The position numbers and the translations under genes are program-made. The notes under the pieces are model-generated. The model did not search any database and was not told the origin of the DNA. It saw nothing but the letters and a program-made list of their open reading frames with translations. From Candidatus Sericytochromatia bacterium (GTDB lineage: Bacteria; Cyanobacteriota; Sericytochromatia; S15B-MN24; UBA4093): a stretch of 12,544 nt of DNA. The stretch spans positions 1-12,544 of the forward strand of contig JAKFCT010000044.1 of the NCBI GenBank assembly GCA_036676495.1, written 5' to 3'. Of this stretch, positions 1 through 6,807 are shown piece after piece (within the stretch, counting starts at the first letter, position 1; each line of letters starts with the position of its first letter).

Positions 1-51
1 TCTCGACCCCCTCCTTGGCAAGGAGGTGTTCTACCACTGAACTACATCCGC
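1..51 (-). tRNA. tRNA-Gly(GCC), 3' part cut off by window edge
   Basis: Reverse complement reads GCGGATG TA GTTC-AGTGGTA-GAAC A CCTCC-TT GCC AA-GGAGG GGGTC GAGA...: 5' acceptor strand, D-arm, anticodon arm with GCC (plus-strand 17-19) and the start of the T-arm. Confidence 0.95.
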
Positions 52-99
52 GTGGTTGGCGTTCCGTCACGCTTTCGCGATCCGCGCTCAACACAATTC

Positions 100-129
100 A
101 CTATACCAAAGCCTCCTCGAAGGCGTCAA
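100..129 (-). promoter_or_regulatory. sigma70-type promoter for tRNA-Gly
   Basis: Minus strand TTGACG (129-124), 18-nt spacer, then TATAGT (105-100) preceded by TGG (extended -10), about 50 nt upstream of the tRNA 5' end. Confidence 0.7.
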
Positions 130-215
130 CAGGTTTCGCGAAAAATTCTGCCCGCCCTCTTTAGGCCCCCATGACGCCTGGGCGCCCCCCGCCCCCTTTA
201 ACGAGCCGGAAAGGG

Positions 216-224
216 TGATATACT
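216..224 (+). promoter_or_regulatory. putative extended -10 promoter for prfA
   Basis: TGaTATACT at 216-224, 30 nt upstream of the SD-preceded ATG; weak -35 candidate TTTAAC at 197-202. Confidence 0.45.
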
Positions 225-253
225 ATACCTTTGGCCGTAATGAGGTGAGGAAG

Positions 254-1348
254 ATGCTCGAGAAGCTTCAGATCGATAAACTGCACGAACTAGAACGGAC
301 GTACCAGGAGCTGGGCGAACGCCTCAGCGATCCCGTGGTCCTGGGGGATCAGGCCCGCCTGATGAAGTACGCCAAGGCCCGCTCCGACATGGAGCAGACC
401 CTGGAGGTCTACCAGGAGTGGCAAACGGCGACCAAGCAGCATGAGGACGCCGTCAGCATGCGCCGCAGCGAGACCGACCCCGAGCTCAAGGAAATGATCG
501 ACCTCGAGATCGCCGAGCTCGAACCCCGCATCGAAGCCCTCGAAAAGCAGATCACGATCATGCTCCTCCCCAAGGATCCCCGCGACGAAAAGGACATCAT
601 GATCGAAATCCGCGCGGGCGCCGGCGGCGAGGAAGCCGCCCTCTTCGCGGGCGACCTCATGCGCATGTACACCCGCTACTGCGAAGGCCGCGGCTGGAAA
701 GTCGAGCTCGTCTCCATGTCCGAAGCCGACATGGGCGGCGTCAAGGAAGTCGTCCTCTCCGTCAAGGGCGATGCCGTCTACTCCCGCATGAAGTTCGAGT
801 CGGGCGTCCACCGCGTCCAGCGCGTTCCCGCCACCGAAGCCCAGGGCCGCATCCACACCTCGACGGCGACCGTCGCCATCATGACCGAGGCCGAGGCCGT
901 CGACGTCGACATCAAGGAATCGGATCTGCGCTGGGACACCTTCCGCTCCGGCGGAGCCGGCGGCCAGAACGTCAACAAGGTCGAATCCGGAGTCCGCGTC
1001 ACCCACATCCCGACCGGCCTCGCCGTCGCCTGCACCGTCGAGCGCTCCCAGCTCCAGAACCGCGTCCGCGCCATGGACCTCCTGCGCACCCGCCTCTACG
1101 ACATGAAGCAGGCCGAGATCGACGCCGCCCACGCCGCCACCCGCAAGTCGCAGGTCGGCAGCGGCGATCGCTCCGAGCGCATCCGCACCTACAACTACCC
1201 CGAGAACCGCGTCAGCGACCACCGCATCAAGCTGACCCTCTCCAAGCTCGACCGGATCATCGAGGGAGACATCGACGAGCTGATCGACGCCTTGATCTCG
1301 GCCGATCAAACCGCCAAGCTCGCGGAGCTGATGGGCCAGCCCGCCTAA
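254..1348 (+). CDS. prfA: Peptide chain release factor 1 (364 aa)
   Basis: GAGGEEA, KFESGVHRVQRVP-AT (PxT = RF1 specificity), SGGAGGQNVNK (GGQ) and RSERIRTYNYP motifs. Start moved from 56 to ATG 254, which follows GAGGTGAGG (SD). prmC lies directly downstream. Confidence 0.97.
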   Translation: MLEKLQIDKLHELERTYQELGERLSDPVVLGDQARLMKYAKARSDMEQTLEVYQEWQTATKQHEDAVSMRRSETDPELKEMIDLEIAELEPRIEALEKQITIMLLPKDPRDEKDIMIEIRAGAGGEEAALFAGDLMRMYTRYCEGRGWKVELVSMSEADMGGVKEVVLSVKGDAVYSRMKFESGVHRVQRVPATEAQGRIHTSTATVAIMTEAEAVDVDIKESDLRWDTFRSGGAGGQNVNKVESGVRVTHIPTGLAVACTVERSQLQNRVRAMDLLRTRLYDMKQAEIDAAHAATRKSQVGSGDRSERIRTYNYPENRVSDHRIKLTLSKLDRIIEGDIDELIDALISADQTAKLAELMGQPA

Positions 1349-1361
1349 ACCCTTCGGATTT

Positions 1362-1400
1362 CGCCGGGGTCTCGCCTTCGCGAGGCCCCGGCGTTTTTCT
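1362..1400 (+). terminator. intrinsic terminator after prfA
   Basis: CGCCGGGGTCTCGC-cttc-GCGAGGCCCCGGCG (14-bp stem with one G-U pair) followed by TTTTTCT. Confidence 0.8.
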
Positions 1401-1423
1401 TGCCGCTCAATCACCCGCTAGCC

Positions 1424-1432
1424 GGGTAGAAT
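1424..1432 (+). promoter_or_regulatory. putative -10 element for a leaderless prmC transcript
   Basis: GGG-TAGAAT ends 6 nt before the prmC ATG (1439); there is no SD in front of the ATG. Confidence 0.55.
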
Positions 1433-1438
1433 GAACCT

Positions 1439-2365
1439 ATGACTAACCTTCAACCTCAAGCCATTCCGACCATCGGGGATGCCCTGCGCGAGGGATCCCG
1501 CTGCCTGCGCGATATCGGCCTGCCTTCCGCCAGCCTGGAGGTCGCCCTCCTCTTGGGGATGGCCACCGGCCTCGATCGCCTCGGCCTCCACACCCGTACC
1601 GCCACCCCGCTCACTCCCGAGCAAGCCGCGGCCTTCCTCGCTCTCATGGAGCGCCGGGCCAAGCGCGAGCCCCTCCAGTACATCACCGGCCACCAGGAGT
1701 TCATGGGGCTGGACTTCGAAGTCACCCCCGCGGTCCTGATCCCGCGCGCGGATACCGAGATGCTGGTGGAGACGATCCTGGACGCCGAGGAGGAGCGCGG
1801 CTCCGAGGAGCGCGGCTCGGAGGCCCCTGGCTTCGCCGGGCCCCCCGCGGTCTGGCTTGCCGATGTCGGCACCGGCTCGGGGGCGATCGCCATCGCGCTG
1901 GCGTCTTACCTGCCCTACCTCCACGTCGTGGCCGTGGATCTCTCGGAGGCGGCCCTCGCGATCGCCCGCCGGAACGCCGAGGCCCATGGCGTGGCCGATC
2001 GGATCACCTTCCTGCAGGGCGACGGCCTCGCCCCTCTGGCCCCCTACCGCGCGAAACTCCGCTACCTGGTCTCCAATCCCCCTTACATCCTGGACGAGGA
2101 AGTCCTGACGCTGGAGCCCGAAGTCCGGGACTGGGAGCCGCACATGGCCTTGACGCCCGGCTCGGACCCGCTTCACTGGTACCGGATCTTCGCCACGCAA
2201 GGGGCAGATTACCTCCAGCCCGACGGCATGCTGGCCATGGAAGTCGGGATGGGGCAGGCCCAGGAGGTCGCGGCGCTCTTGGAGCGGACCGGCCGCTGGG
2301 AGCCCGCGCAGATCCGCCAGGACCTGGGCGACATCGAGCGCGTGGTCTACGCCGTGCGTGCCTAA
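1439..2365 (+). CDS. prmC: Release factor glutamine methyltransferase PrmC/HemK (308 aa)
   Basis: RRAKREPLQYITG, VLIPRADTE, SAM-binding DVGTGSGAIA and the NPPY catalytic motif; adjacent to prfA. Confidence 0.95.
   Translation: MTNLQPQAIPTIGDALREGSRCLRDIGLPSASLEVALLLGMATGLDRLGLHTRTATPLTPEQAAAFLALMERRAKREPLQYITGHQEFMGLDFEVTPAVLIPRADTEMLVETILDAEEERGSEERGSEAPGFAGPPAVWLADVGTGSGAIAIALASYLPYLHVVAVDLSEAALAIARRNAEAHGVADRITFLQGDGLAPLAPYRAKLRYLVSNPPYILDEEVLTLEPEVRDWEPHMALTPGSDPLHWYRIFATQGADYLQPDGMLAMEVGMGQAQEVAALLERTGRWEPAQIRQDLGDIERVVYAVRA
1790..1819 (+). repeat. 15-bp in-frame tandem duplication in prmC (EERGS x2)
   Basis: GAGGAGCGCGGCTCC (1790-1804) followed by GAGGAGCGCGGCTCG (1805-1819). Confidence 0.85.
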
Positions 2366-2394
2366 AGGCGGCCGCGCTTTTCCTGGGATACGCT

Positions 2395-2425
2395 GAGGCA
2401 GGGCTCGCCCTGCCTCTTTCTTTTT
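2395..2425 (+). terminator. intrinsic terminator after prmC
   Basis: GAGGCAGGG-ctcg-CCCTGCCTC followed by TTTCTTTTT. Confidence 0.85.
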
Positions 2426-2463
2426 GCGGCGAACGCCCTCGGAAGCCGAGCGCCCCACCCGAA

Positions 2464-2599
2464 CCGCGTTCCTGGACGTGATCAAGCACTGTCAGGCTGG
2501 CGCTAAGCTGCCAGCCTGATCTTTCGGTTTGTGAATCAAGCTCAGCGAAAGCTGAGGGAAATCTGAAAACTGCGTCGAGCGGACTTGCCTGGAACGCGG
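2464..2599. ncRNA. candidate structured non-coding RNA / cis-element (unassigned family)
   Basis: Terminal inverted repeat CCGCGTTCC (2464-2472) / GGAACGCGG (2591-2599) encloses a 10-bp hairpin TCAGGCTGGC/GCCAGCCTGA (2492-2519) and the GAAA-tetraloop hairpin CTCAGC-GAAA-GCTGAG (2541-2556). No credible ORF. Confidence 0.4.
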
Positions 2600-2788
2600 G
2601 AAAACGCCAGGGTTGTGCCGTTTTGGGCGGAGGGGGCGAGTGTTGAGATTCGTGAGGATGGCTAAATCGTGCGAACTTTCTGATCGTCCGGGAGTGGGAT
2701 CTGCTACCGTGGAGACGCGGAACATGGGGCTGGGTGCCGATGCCGCCCTCCTCGCGGAGAATTACGGACCGATTTCTTGCGGAACTCT

Positions 2789-2797
2789 TGCTATGCT
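2789..2797 (+). promoter_or_regulatory. putative extended -10 promoter for the regulator pair
   Basis: TGcTATGCT, flanked by direct repeats CTTGCGGAACYCYTG at 2776-2790 and 2817-2831. Confidence 0.4.
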
Positions 2798-2848
2798 TGA
2801 CTCAACTCGATCGTGCCTTGCGGAACCCCTGGAAAGGGCGGTGAGTCC

Positions 2849-3490
2849 TTGTTAGGTCAAGCGCCCCAGCGCTCGAGACTCCTCCTGGTCGACAGCGATG
2901 CCAAGGAGCGCGAGTACCTGCGGACCTGGCTTCACGGATCGGGCTACGAGGTTCATGCGGTGGGGAGCGGGGCCGATGCGATGGTGCGGCTACGCCACCA
3001 TGCGATCGAGGTGGTCCTCACCCATTTGCGCCTGCCGGGTCTGAACGGGATCGAGCTGCTTTCCCTCGTGAAGGAATGGGATCCCCGGATCGAGGTCATC
3101 ATCCTCAGCAACTCGTGCACGGTCGAGGACACCCTCGGAGCGTTGCGGGGACGGGCGTTTGACTTCCTTCAAACTCCGCTTTCCGACCTTCAGGCCCTCA
3201 ACCGGGCGATCGCCGGGGCCTTGCTCCAGCGGTGTCTCGGTAACAGTGCCGCGCGTCCCCTTCCCGTCCGGTTGCCGCCCCGGCCGGCCGAGGAGTTGAC
3301 GCCCCGCGAAAAGCAGATCCTTTCCCTGCTGGCGCAGGGCTTGGAGAACAAGGCGATCGCAAACCACTTGTGCCTGGGTGAGAAGACGGTGCGAAACCTC
3401 CTCAGCGGCATCTATGCCAAGCTCGGGGTGGTGAACCGGACTCAGGCGGTCCTTCACTATCAGCAGCGGGCCTGGCCGCAGTCCCTCTGA
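2849..3490 (+). CDS. NarL/LuxR-family response regulator with atypical (pseudo-)receiver domain
   Basis: Receiver-fold pattern (LLLVDSD...GYEV...VVLTHLRLPGLNGIELL...AFDFLQTP) plus LuxR HTH (LTPREKQILSLLAQGLENKAIANHLCLGEKTVRNLLSGIYAKLGVVNRTQAV). TTG 2849 follows GGTGA and gives 213 aa; GTG 2813 is an alternative start. Confidence 0.88.
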   Translation: MLGQAPQRSRLLLVDSDAKEREYLRTWLHGSGYEVHAVGSGADAMVRLRHHAIEVVLTHLRLPGLNGIELLSLVKEWDPRIEVIILSNSCTVEDTLGALRGRAFDFLQTPLSDLQALNRAIAGALLQRCLGNSAARPLPVRLPPRPAEELTPREKQILSLLAQGLENKAIANHLCLGEKTVRNLLSGIYAKLGVVNRTQAVLHYQQRAWPQSL

Positions 3491-3495
3491 ACGTC

Positions 3496-4014
3496 ATGAA
3501 CAGGAGTCAGGGCCACGTGTCCACGTACCGTGATTTGGGGGAAATCTCAGAGCTGCTGGGAGTGAGCCCCACCAAGCTTCGCCGCTGGATCGATCGGCTC
3601 GAGATCGTGCCGGCCGTCCGGGTGGCCCATGGCCGTCACCTCTTCGATGACTTGTCGGTCCAGCTCCTGCAGGGCATCAAGGAGCACCTGGATGCCGGCT
3701 GGGAGCTGAGCAAGCTGGTCCGCATGTTCGGCTCCAGCTCCGGTCAGCGGCTCGCCGCTCCCCCCGAGCTCCCGCTTGCCGAGGGGGGAGGAAGTCGCCC
3801 TCCCCTGCACGACGAGCTTCGCGCCTTGCATCAGCGGCTGGATCAGCTCTTCGAGGAAGTGGCCGGCGTTCGCCGCGAAGTGGCCCAGCGCGAGACCGAA
3901 TACCAAGCCTTGATGGAAGCGCTGGCTCGAATGGCTACGGCCATGTCGGTCAACACGGCGATGCTCGAACAGCTCGACGAGCGCCTTCCGTCCGTCCTCT
4001 TGCGCCGCAACTAA
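3496..4014 (+). CDS. MerR-type HTH DNA-binding protein with C-terminal coiled coil (RacA-like architecture)
   Basis: LGEISELLGVSPTKLRRWI...GRHLFDD...LQGIKEHLDAGW is a MerR-type winged HTH; then a Pro/Gly linker and a heptad-rich LHDELRALHQRLDQLFEEV... segment. Starts 5 nt after the regulator stop codon. Confidence 0.8.
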   Translation: MNRSQGHVSTYRDLGEISELLGVSPTKLRRWIDRLEIVPAVRVAHGRHLFDDLSVQLLQGIKEHLDAGWELSKLVRMFGSSSGQRLAAPPELPLAEGGGSRPPLHDELRALHQRLDQLFEEVAGVRREVAQRETEYQALMEALARMATAMSVNTAMLEQLDERLPSVLLRRN

Positions 4015-4203
4015 CTCCGGGCCGGATCCTTTCTGTTTCCACGCCCCGCAGCCCCTCTCCCGACCCCAGGCGCAAACGCCGTTTCTACGGGCCCGCAAGG
4101 GAAGTGATGGGATCTCGGGACGCAAGCTTGACGCCGGAACGTCGATAACTCGGTACGAGGTTAAGCTAGCTTTAAGCCGATGACGAAGCTGAGGAGGGAC
4201 GGG

Positions 4204-5316
4204 ATGATGCGTCGACGGGGAAGATCCGGGCTCGGGCTGATTCTGGCACTGGCACTCACGGGTTGCGGCCAAGGGGCTCTCGTTGCTCCTCAGTCCTCCG
4301 AGGAGCTTTTCGCCGGCTCCGGGATGACGGATCGCTTGCTCGGCCTCGTCAATGGACAGGCGCGCAAAGGCTTCGACGCCTACGATCGGGACCGCGACGG
4401 CCAGGTCAGTCGAGCAGACGTCCCCTTTCTCTTCCCGAAGACCTTCGAGCGCCTCGACAAGAACGGCGACGGCTTCCTCACGTATTCGGAAGCCAGGCCC
4501 GAATCCTTCCGCCTCACGGCCTCGGTATCGCAGCTCGCTCGCATGCTGACCTCCACCTTCAAGCTTCTGGATCTCGATTCCGACGGCTTGCTCGATTCCC
4601 GAGAGCTTGCCTTGCGCGAGGGGCTCGCCGAGGCTGCCTCCGAGCGGCCTCTCACCCCGGAGACCTTCCTGACCGCTCTGGAGGGGGAGCAGCGGGCCAT
4701 GGATGCCCTGCCGGCACCCGACGTCAAGGGCAAGAATCCCATCCTGATGGTGCCCGGCTTCTTCCTGCCGGCCTTCATCTGGGTGGACATGCGCAAGGAC
4801 CTTTCCAAGGAGGGCTGGAAGCAGTTCTACACCATGGAGCACTGGCCGGGTTTCGACGATATCCGCGAGTACGCGGCCGAGGCCAAGCTCCATGTCGACC
4901 GGATCCGGCGCGAGACCGGTGCGCGGCAGGTCGAGTACTTCGGCCACAGCATGGGCGGCCTGGTCGGGCGCTACATGATCAAGAACCTCGGTGCCGAGAA
5001 GGACGTCGCCCACTACGTGGCCTTCGGCACTCCGCAGCATGGCACGGTCATGGCCCATCCCTTCAACTGGCTGATCACGTCCAATGCGCAGATGAGCCGG
5101 GACAGCGCCTTCATCCGCGAGCTCAACGCCGGAGACGAGACGCCTGGACCGGTGAAGTACACCATGATCCGCGGTGGGCTCGACGAGATCAGCATCCCCA
5201 ACGACACGGCCGTCCTGGAGGGCGCCGAGAACCACTACATCCCGCGCGCCATGCACCTGCACCTGGTCTTCCATCCCGACGCGCAGCGCATCGCCATTGA
5301 CGCCCTGAAAAAATGA
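4204..5316 (+). CDS. Lipoprotein with EF-hand domain fused to an alpha/beta-hydrolase (lipase/esterase)
   Basis: SD GAGGAGG (4191-4197) before ATG 4204. Basic n-region, hydrophobic h-region and lipobox LTGC (Cys 4264-4266). Three DxDxDG-type loops. NPILMVPG, GHSMGG nucleophile elbow (4942-4959), candidate Asp (GGLDE) and His (AMHLHL). Confidence 0.88.
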   Translation: MMRRRGRSGLGLILALALTGCGQGALVAPQSSEELFAGSGMTDRLLGLVNGQARKGFDAYDRDRDGQVSRADVPFLFPKTFERLDKNGDGFLTYSEARPESFRLTASVSQLARMLTSTFKLLDLDSDGLLDSRELALREGLAEAASERPLTPETFLTALEGEQRAMDALPAPDVKGKNPILMVPGFFLPAFIWVDMRKDLSKEGWKQFYTMEHWPGFDDIREYAAEAKLHVDRIRRETGARQVEYFGHSMGGLVGRYMIKNLGAEKDVAHYVAFGTPQHGTVMAHPFNWLITSNAQMSRDSAFIRELNAGDETPGPVKYTMIRGGLDEISIPNDTAVLEGAENHYIPRAMHLHLVFHPDAQRIAIDALKK

Positions 5317-5350
5317 GACGAGGGGGAGCCGCGGCTCCCCCTCGTCCTTT
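5317..5350. terminator. bidirectional terminator hairpin between convergent genes
   Basis: Perfect 30-bp palindrome GACGAGGGGGAGCCG/CGGCTCCCCCTCGTC (5317-5346), with CTTT on the right and AAAAAA shortly to the left. Confidence 0.75.
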
Positions 5351-5361
5351 AGAACGGGTCG

Positions 5362-6711
5362 CTAGGCCAGGGTCTTCAGCGCCTGGGCGAATTCCTGGGC
5401 CGACGCGAAGCGGTTGGCGGGCAGGGGCTGCATCGCCTTGGCGATCGTCATGCTCAGCTCCTTGGGCAGGTCCGGCACCAGCGAGGCGGCCTCGGGGTTC
5501 GGCGACTGCGAGAGGAAGCTCTCGGGCTTGCGCTTGGTGATCAGGTGGTAAAGGGTCGCGCCCAGCCCGTAGACGTCCGAGCGGGGATCGGCCCCCGACG
5601 AGTTGGTGAACAGTTCCGGGGCGGCATACGCCGGATCCCGGCCGTGAATCACCTCGGTGAACACGATGGACGGGTCGCCTTCGATCCGGGCCGCCGAGAA
5701 GTTGGTGATCTTGACGCCCTGGCCCGTGACGCGCAGGGAGGCCGGCGTGAGGTTGCGGTGGACGATCGGCGGGGCCGAGCGATGCGCCGTGTCGATGCCT
5801 TCGGCGGCCTGGGCCACGAACCGGACCGCCTCTTGCCAGGACAGTTCATCCAGCTTGTCGGCCAGGTTCCAGCCTTCCACCCACTCGGAGATCACGTAGA
5901 TGTTTCCCTGATCCTCGAGCACGTCGAGCACGGAAACGATGTTGGGGTGCTGAAGGCGTGCGGTCGCCCGCGCCTCGCGAATCGCGCGGTTCTTCCACAT
6001 GGCGAGCTTGTCCGGGGGCTGGTTGACGTCGGAAGACAGCTTCTTGATGAAGACCAGCTTGCCCGTGAGGTTGTTCTCCGCCTTGTAGGAGATGCTGCGA
6101 GCCGAGCTCTTGAGGGTCGAAAGCACCTTGTAGTTTTCGAAGGGCAGGTACTCCTCGACGGCCAGGGACTTGCCGACCAGGTGCTGGGCCATCTCCTTGA
6201 GCTGCTTGTCGGTGGCTTCGGCGGGAAGCTTGGAGGCATGCTCCTGGATCACCGGCAGCAGGCGCTCCAGCGCCACCAGCTCGATATCCGTCGGGTTCTC
6301 GACTTCCATCGGGGTGTAAGGCGGAACCACCACCAGGGCCTGGGTGCGGAGCTTGCCCATCAGCCCGGAGTTCCAGCGCGAGAGAATGGTGTTGAGGGTC
6401 TTCGCCTTCATCTCCGAGCGCTGAAGCGGGTTCTCGATCTGGTGGGGAGGGTTGCCCTCCCGGTAGACCACCCAGTTCTTCTGGTTGACGTGACCCTTGA
6501 TCTCACCCTGCCAGTACTTGGTCTCGATGGCGTAGACCGCATGGCGCGTGAGCAGGATGATGTCGATTTCGATGTTGCTCTGCTTGTGGTAGAAGCCCGG
6601 CAGCACCACGTTGGTGAGCAGCAGGGTGTCGTCCGGCAAATGCCCGAGCGTGCGCGCGACGGTCTTTTCGAACTCGTTGACGGGGTTTCCCGCGACGATG
6701 ATCTGGGCCAT
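5362..6711 (-). CDS. NERD nuclease domain fused to a Hanks-type pseudokinase (449 aa)
   Basis: N-terminal EFEK...NVVLP...EIDIILL...YAIETKYWQG...NPLQ is a NERD (PD-(D/E)xK) pattern. C-terminal kinase fold (VFIK, IREA, LQHPNIV, YAAPE, SDVYGLG) has HRNLTPAS and NFS in place of HRDLKPxN and DFG. SD AAAGGAGA upstream. Confidence 0.88.
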   Translation of the reverse strand: MAQIIVAGNPVNEFEKTVARTLGHLPDDTLLLTNVVLPGFYHKQSNIEIDIILLTRHAVYAIETKYWQGEIKGHVNQKNWVVYREGNPPHQIENPLQRSEMKAKTLNTILSRWNSGLMGKLRTQALVVVPPYTPMEVENPTDIELVALERLLPVIQEHASKLPAEATDKQLKEMAQHLVGKSLAVEEYLPFENYKVLSTLKSSARSISYKAENNLTGKLVFIKKLSSDVNQPPDKLAMWKNRAIREARATARLQHPNIVSVLDVLEDQGNIYVISEWVEGWNLADKLDELSWQEAVRFVAQAAEGIDTAHRSAPPIVHRNLTPASLRVTGQGVKITNFSAARIEGDPSIVFTEVIHGRDPAYAAPELFTNSSGADPRSDVYGLGATLYHLITKRKPESFLSQSPNPEAASLVPDLPKELSMTIAKAMQPLPANRFASAQEFAQALKTLA

Positions 6712-6807
6712 GAGAGGGCCTCTCCTTTCGGGGTCGAATCTCTTCTTAATCTACCCCGAACGGACGCTTCCTACCCAAAAGCGCGTGGATCGTCGTTTTC
6801 GAGGTCC

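Noticed and set aside
1-51. tRNA-Gly as an integration site for the accessory block
   Set aside because: The tRNA 3' end points out of the window, core genes intervene, and no integrase or att duplicate is visible.
56-253. 66-aa N-terminal extension of prfA in the ORF track
   Set aside because: It overlaps the divergent tRNA and prfA promoters, has no RF1 similarity, and a good SD precedes ATG 254.
290-2489. Long minus-strand ORFs opposite prfA and prmC (374, 355, 161, 145 aa)
   Set aside because: Antisense shadows of GC3-rich genes with no recognisable motifs.
2464-2599. Retron msr-msd, 6S RNA, SRP RNA or hammerhead identity for the structured element
   Set aside because: There is no reverse transcriptase nearby, and the SRP helix-8 motif, the 6S rod with central bubble and the CUGANGA core are all absent.
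2492-2855. Short ORFs 2492-2725 (-) and 2613-2855 (+)
   Set aside because: No SD, atypical composition and no motifs; the region is better explained by RNA structure and promoter elements. A small peptide cannot be fully excluded.
3547-5300. 575-aa minus ORF and 345-aa alternative-frame ORF over the lipase gene
   Set aside because: Shadow frames; the lipase frame has the lipobox, EF-hands and catalytic motif.
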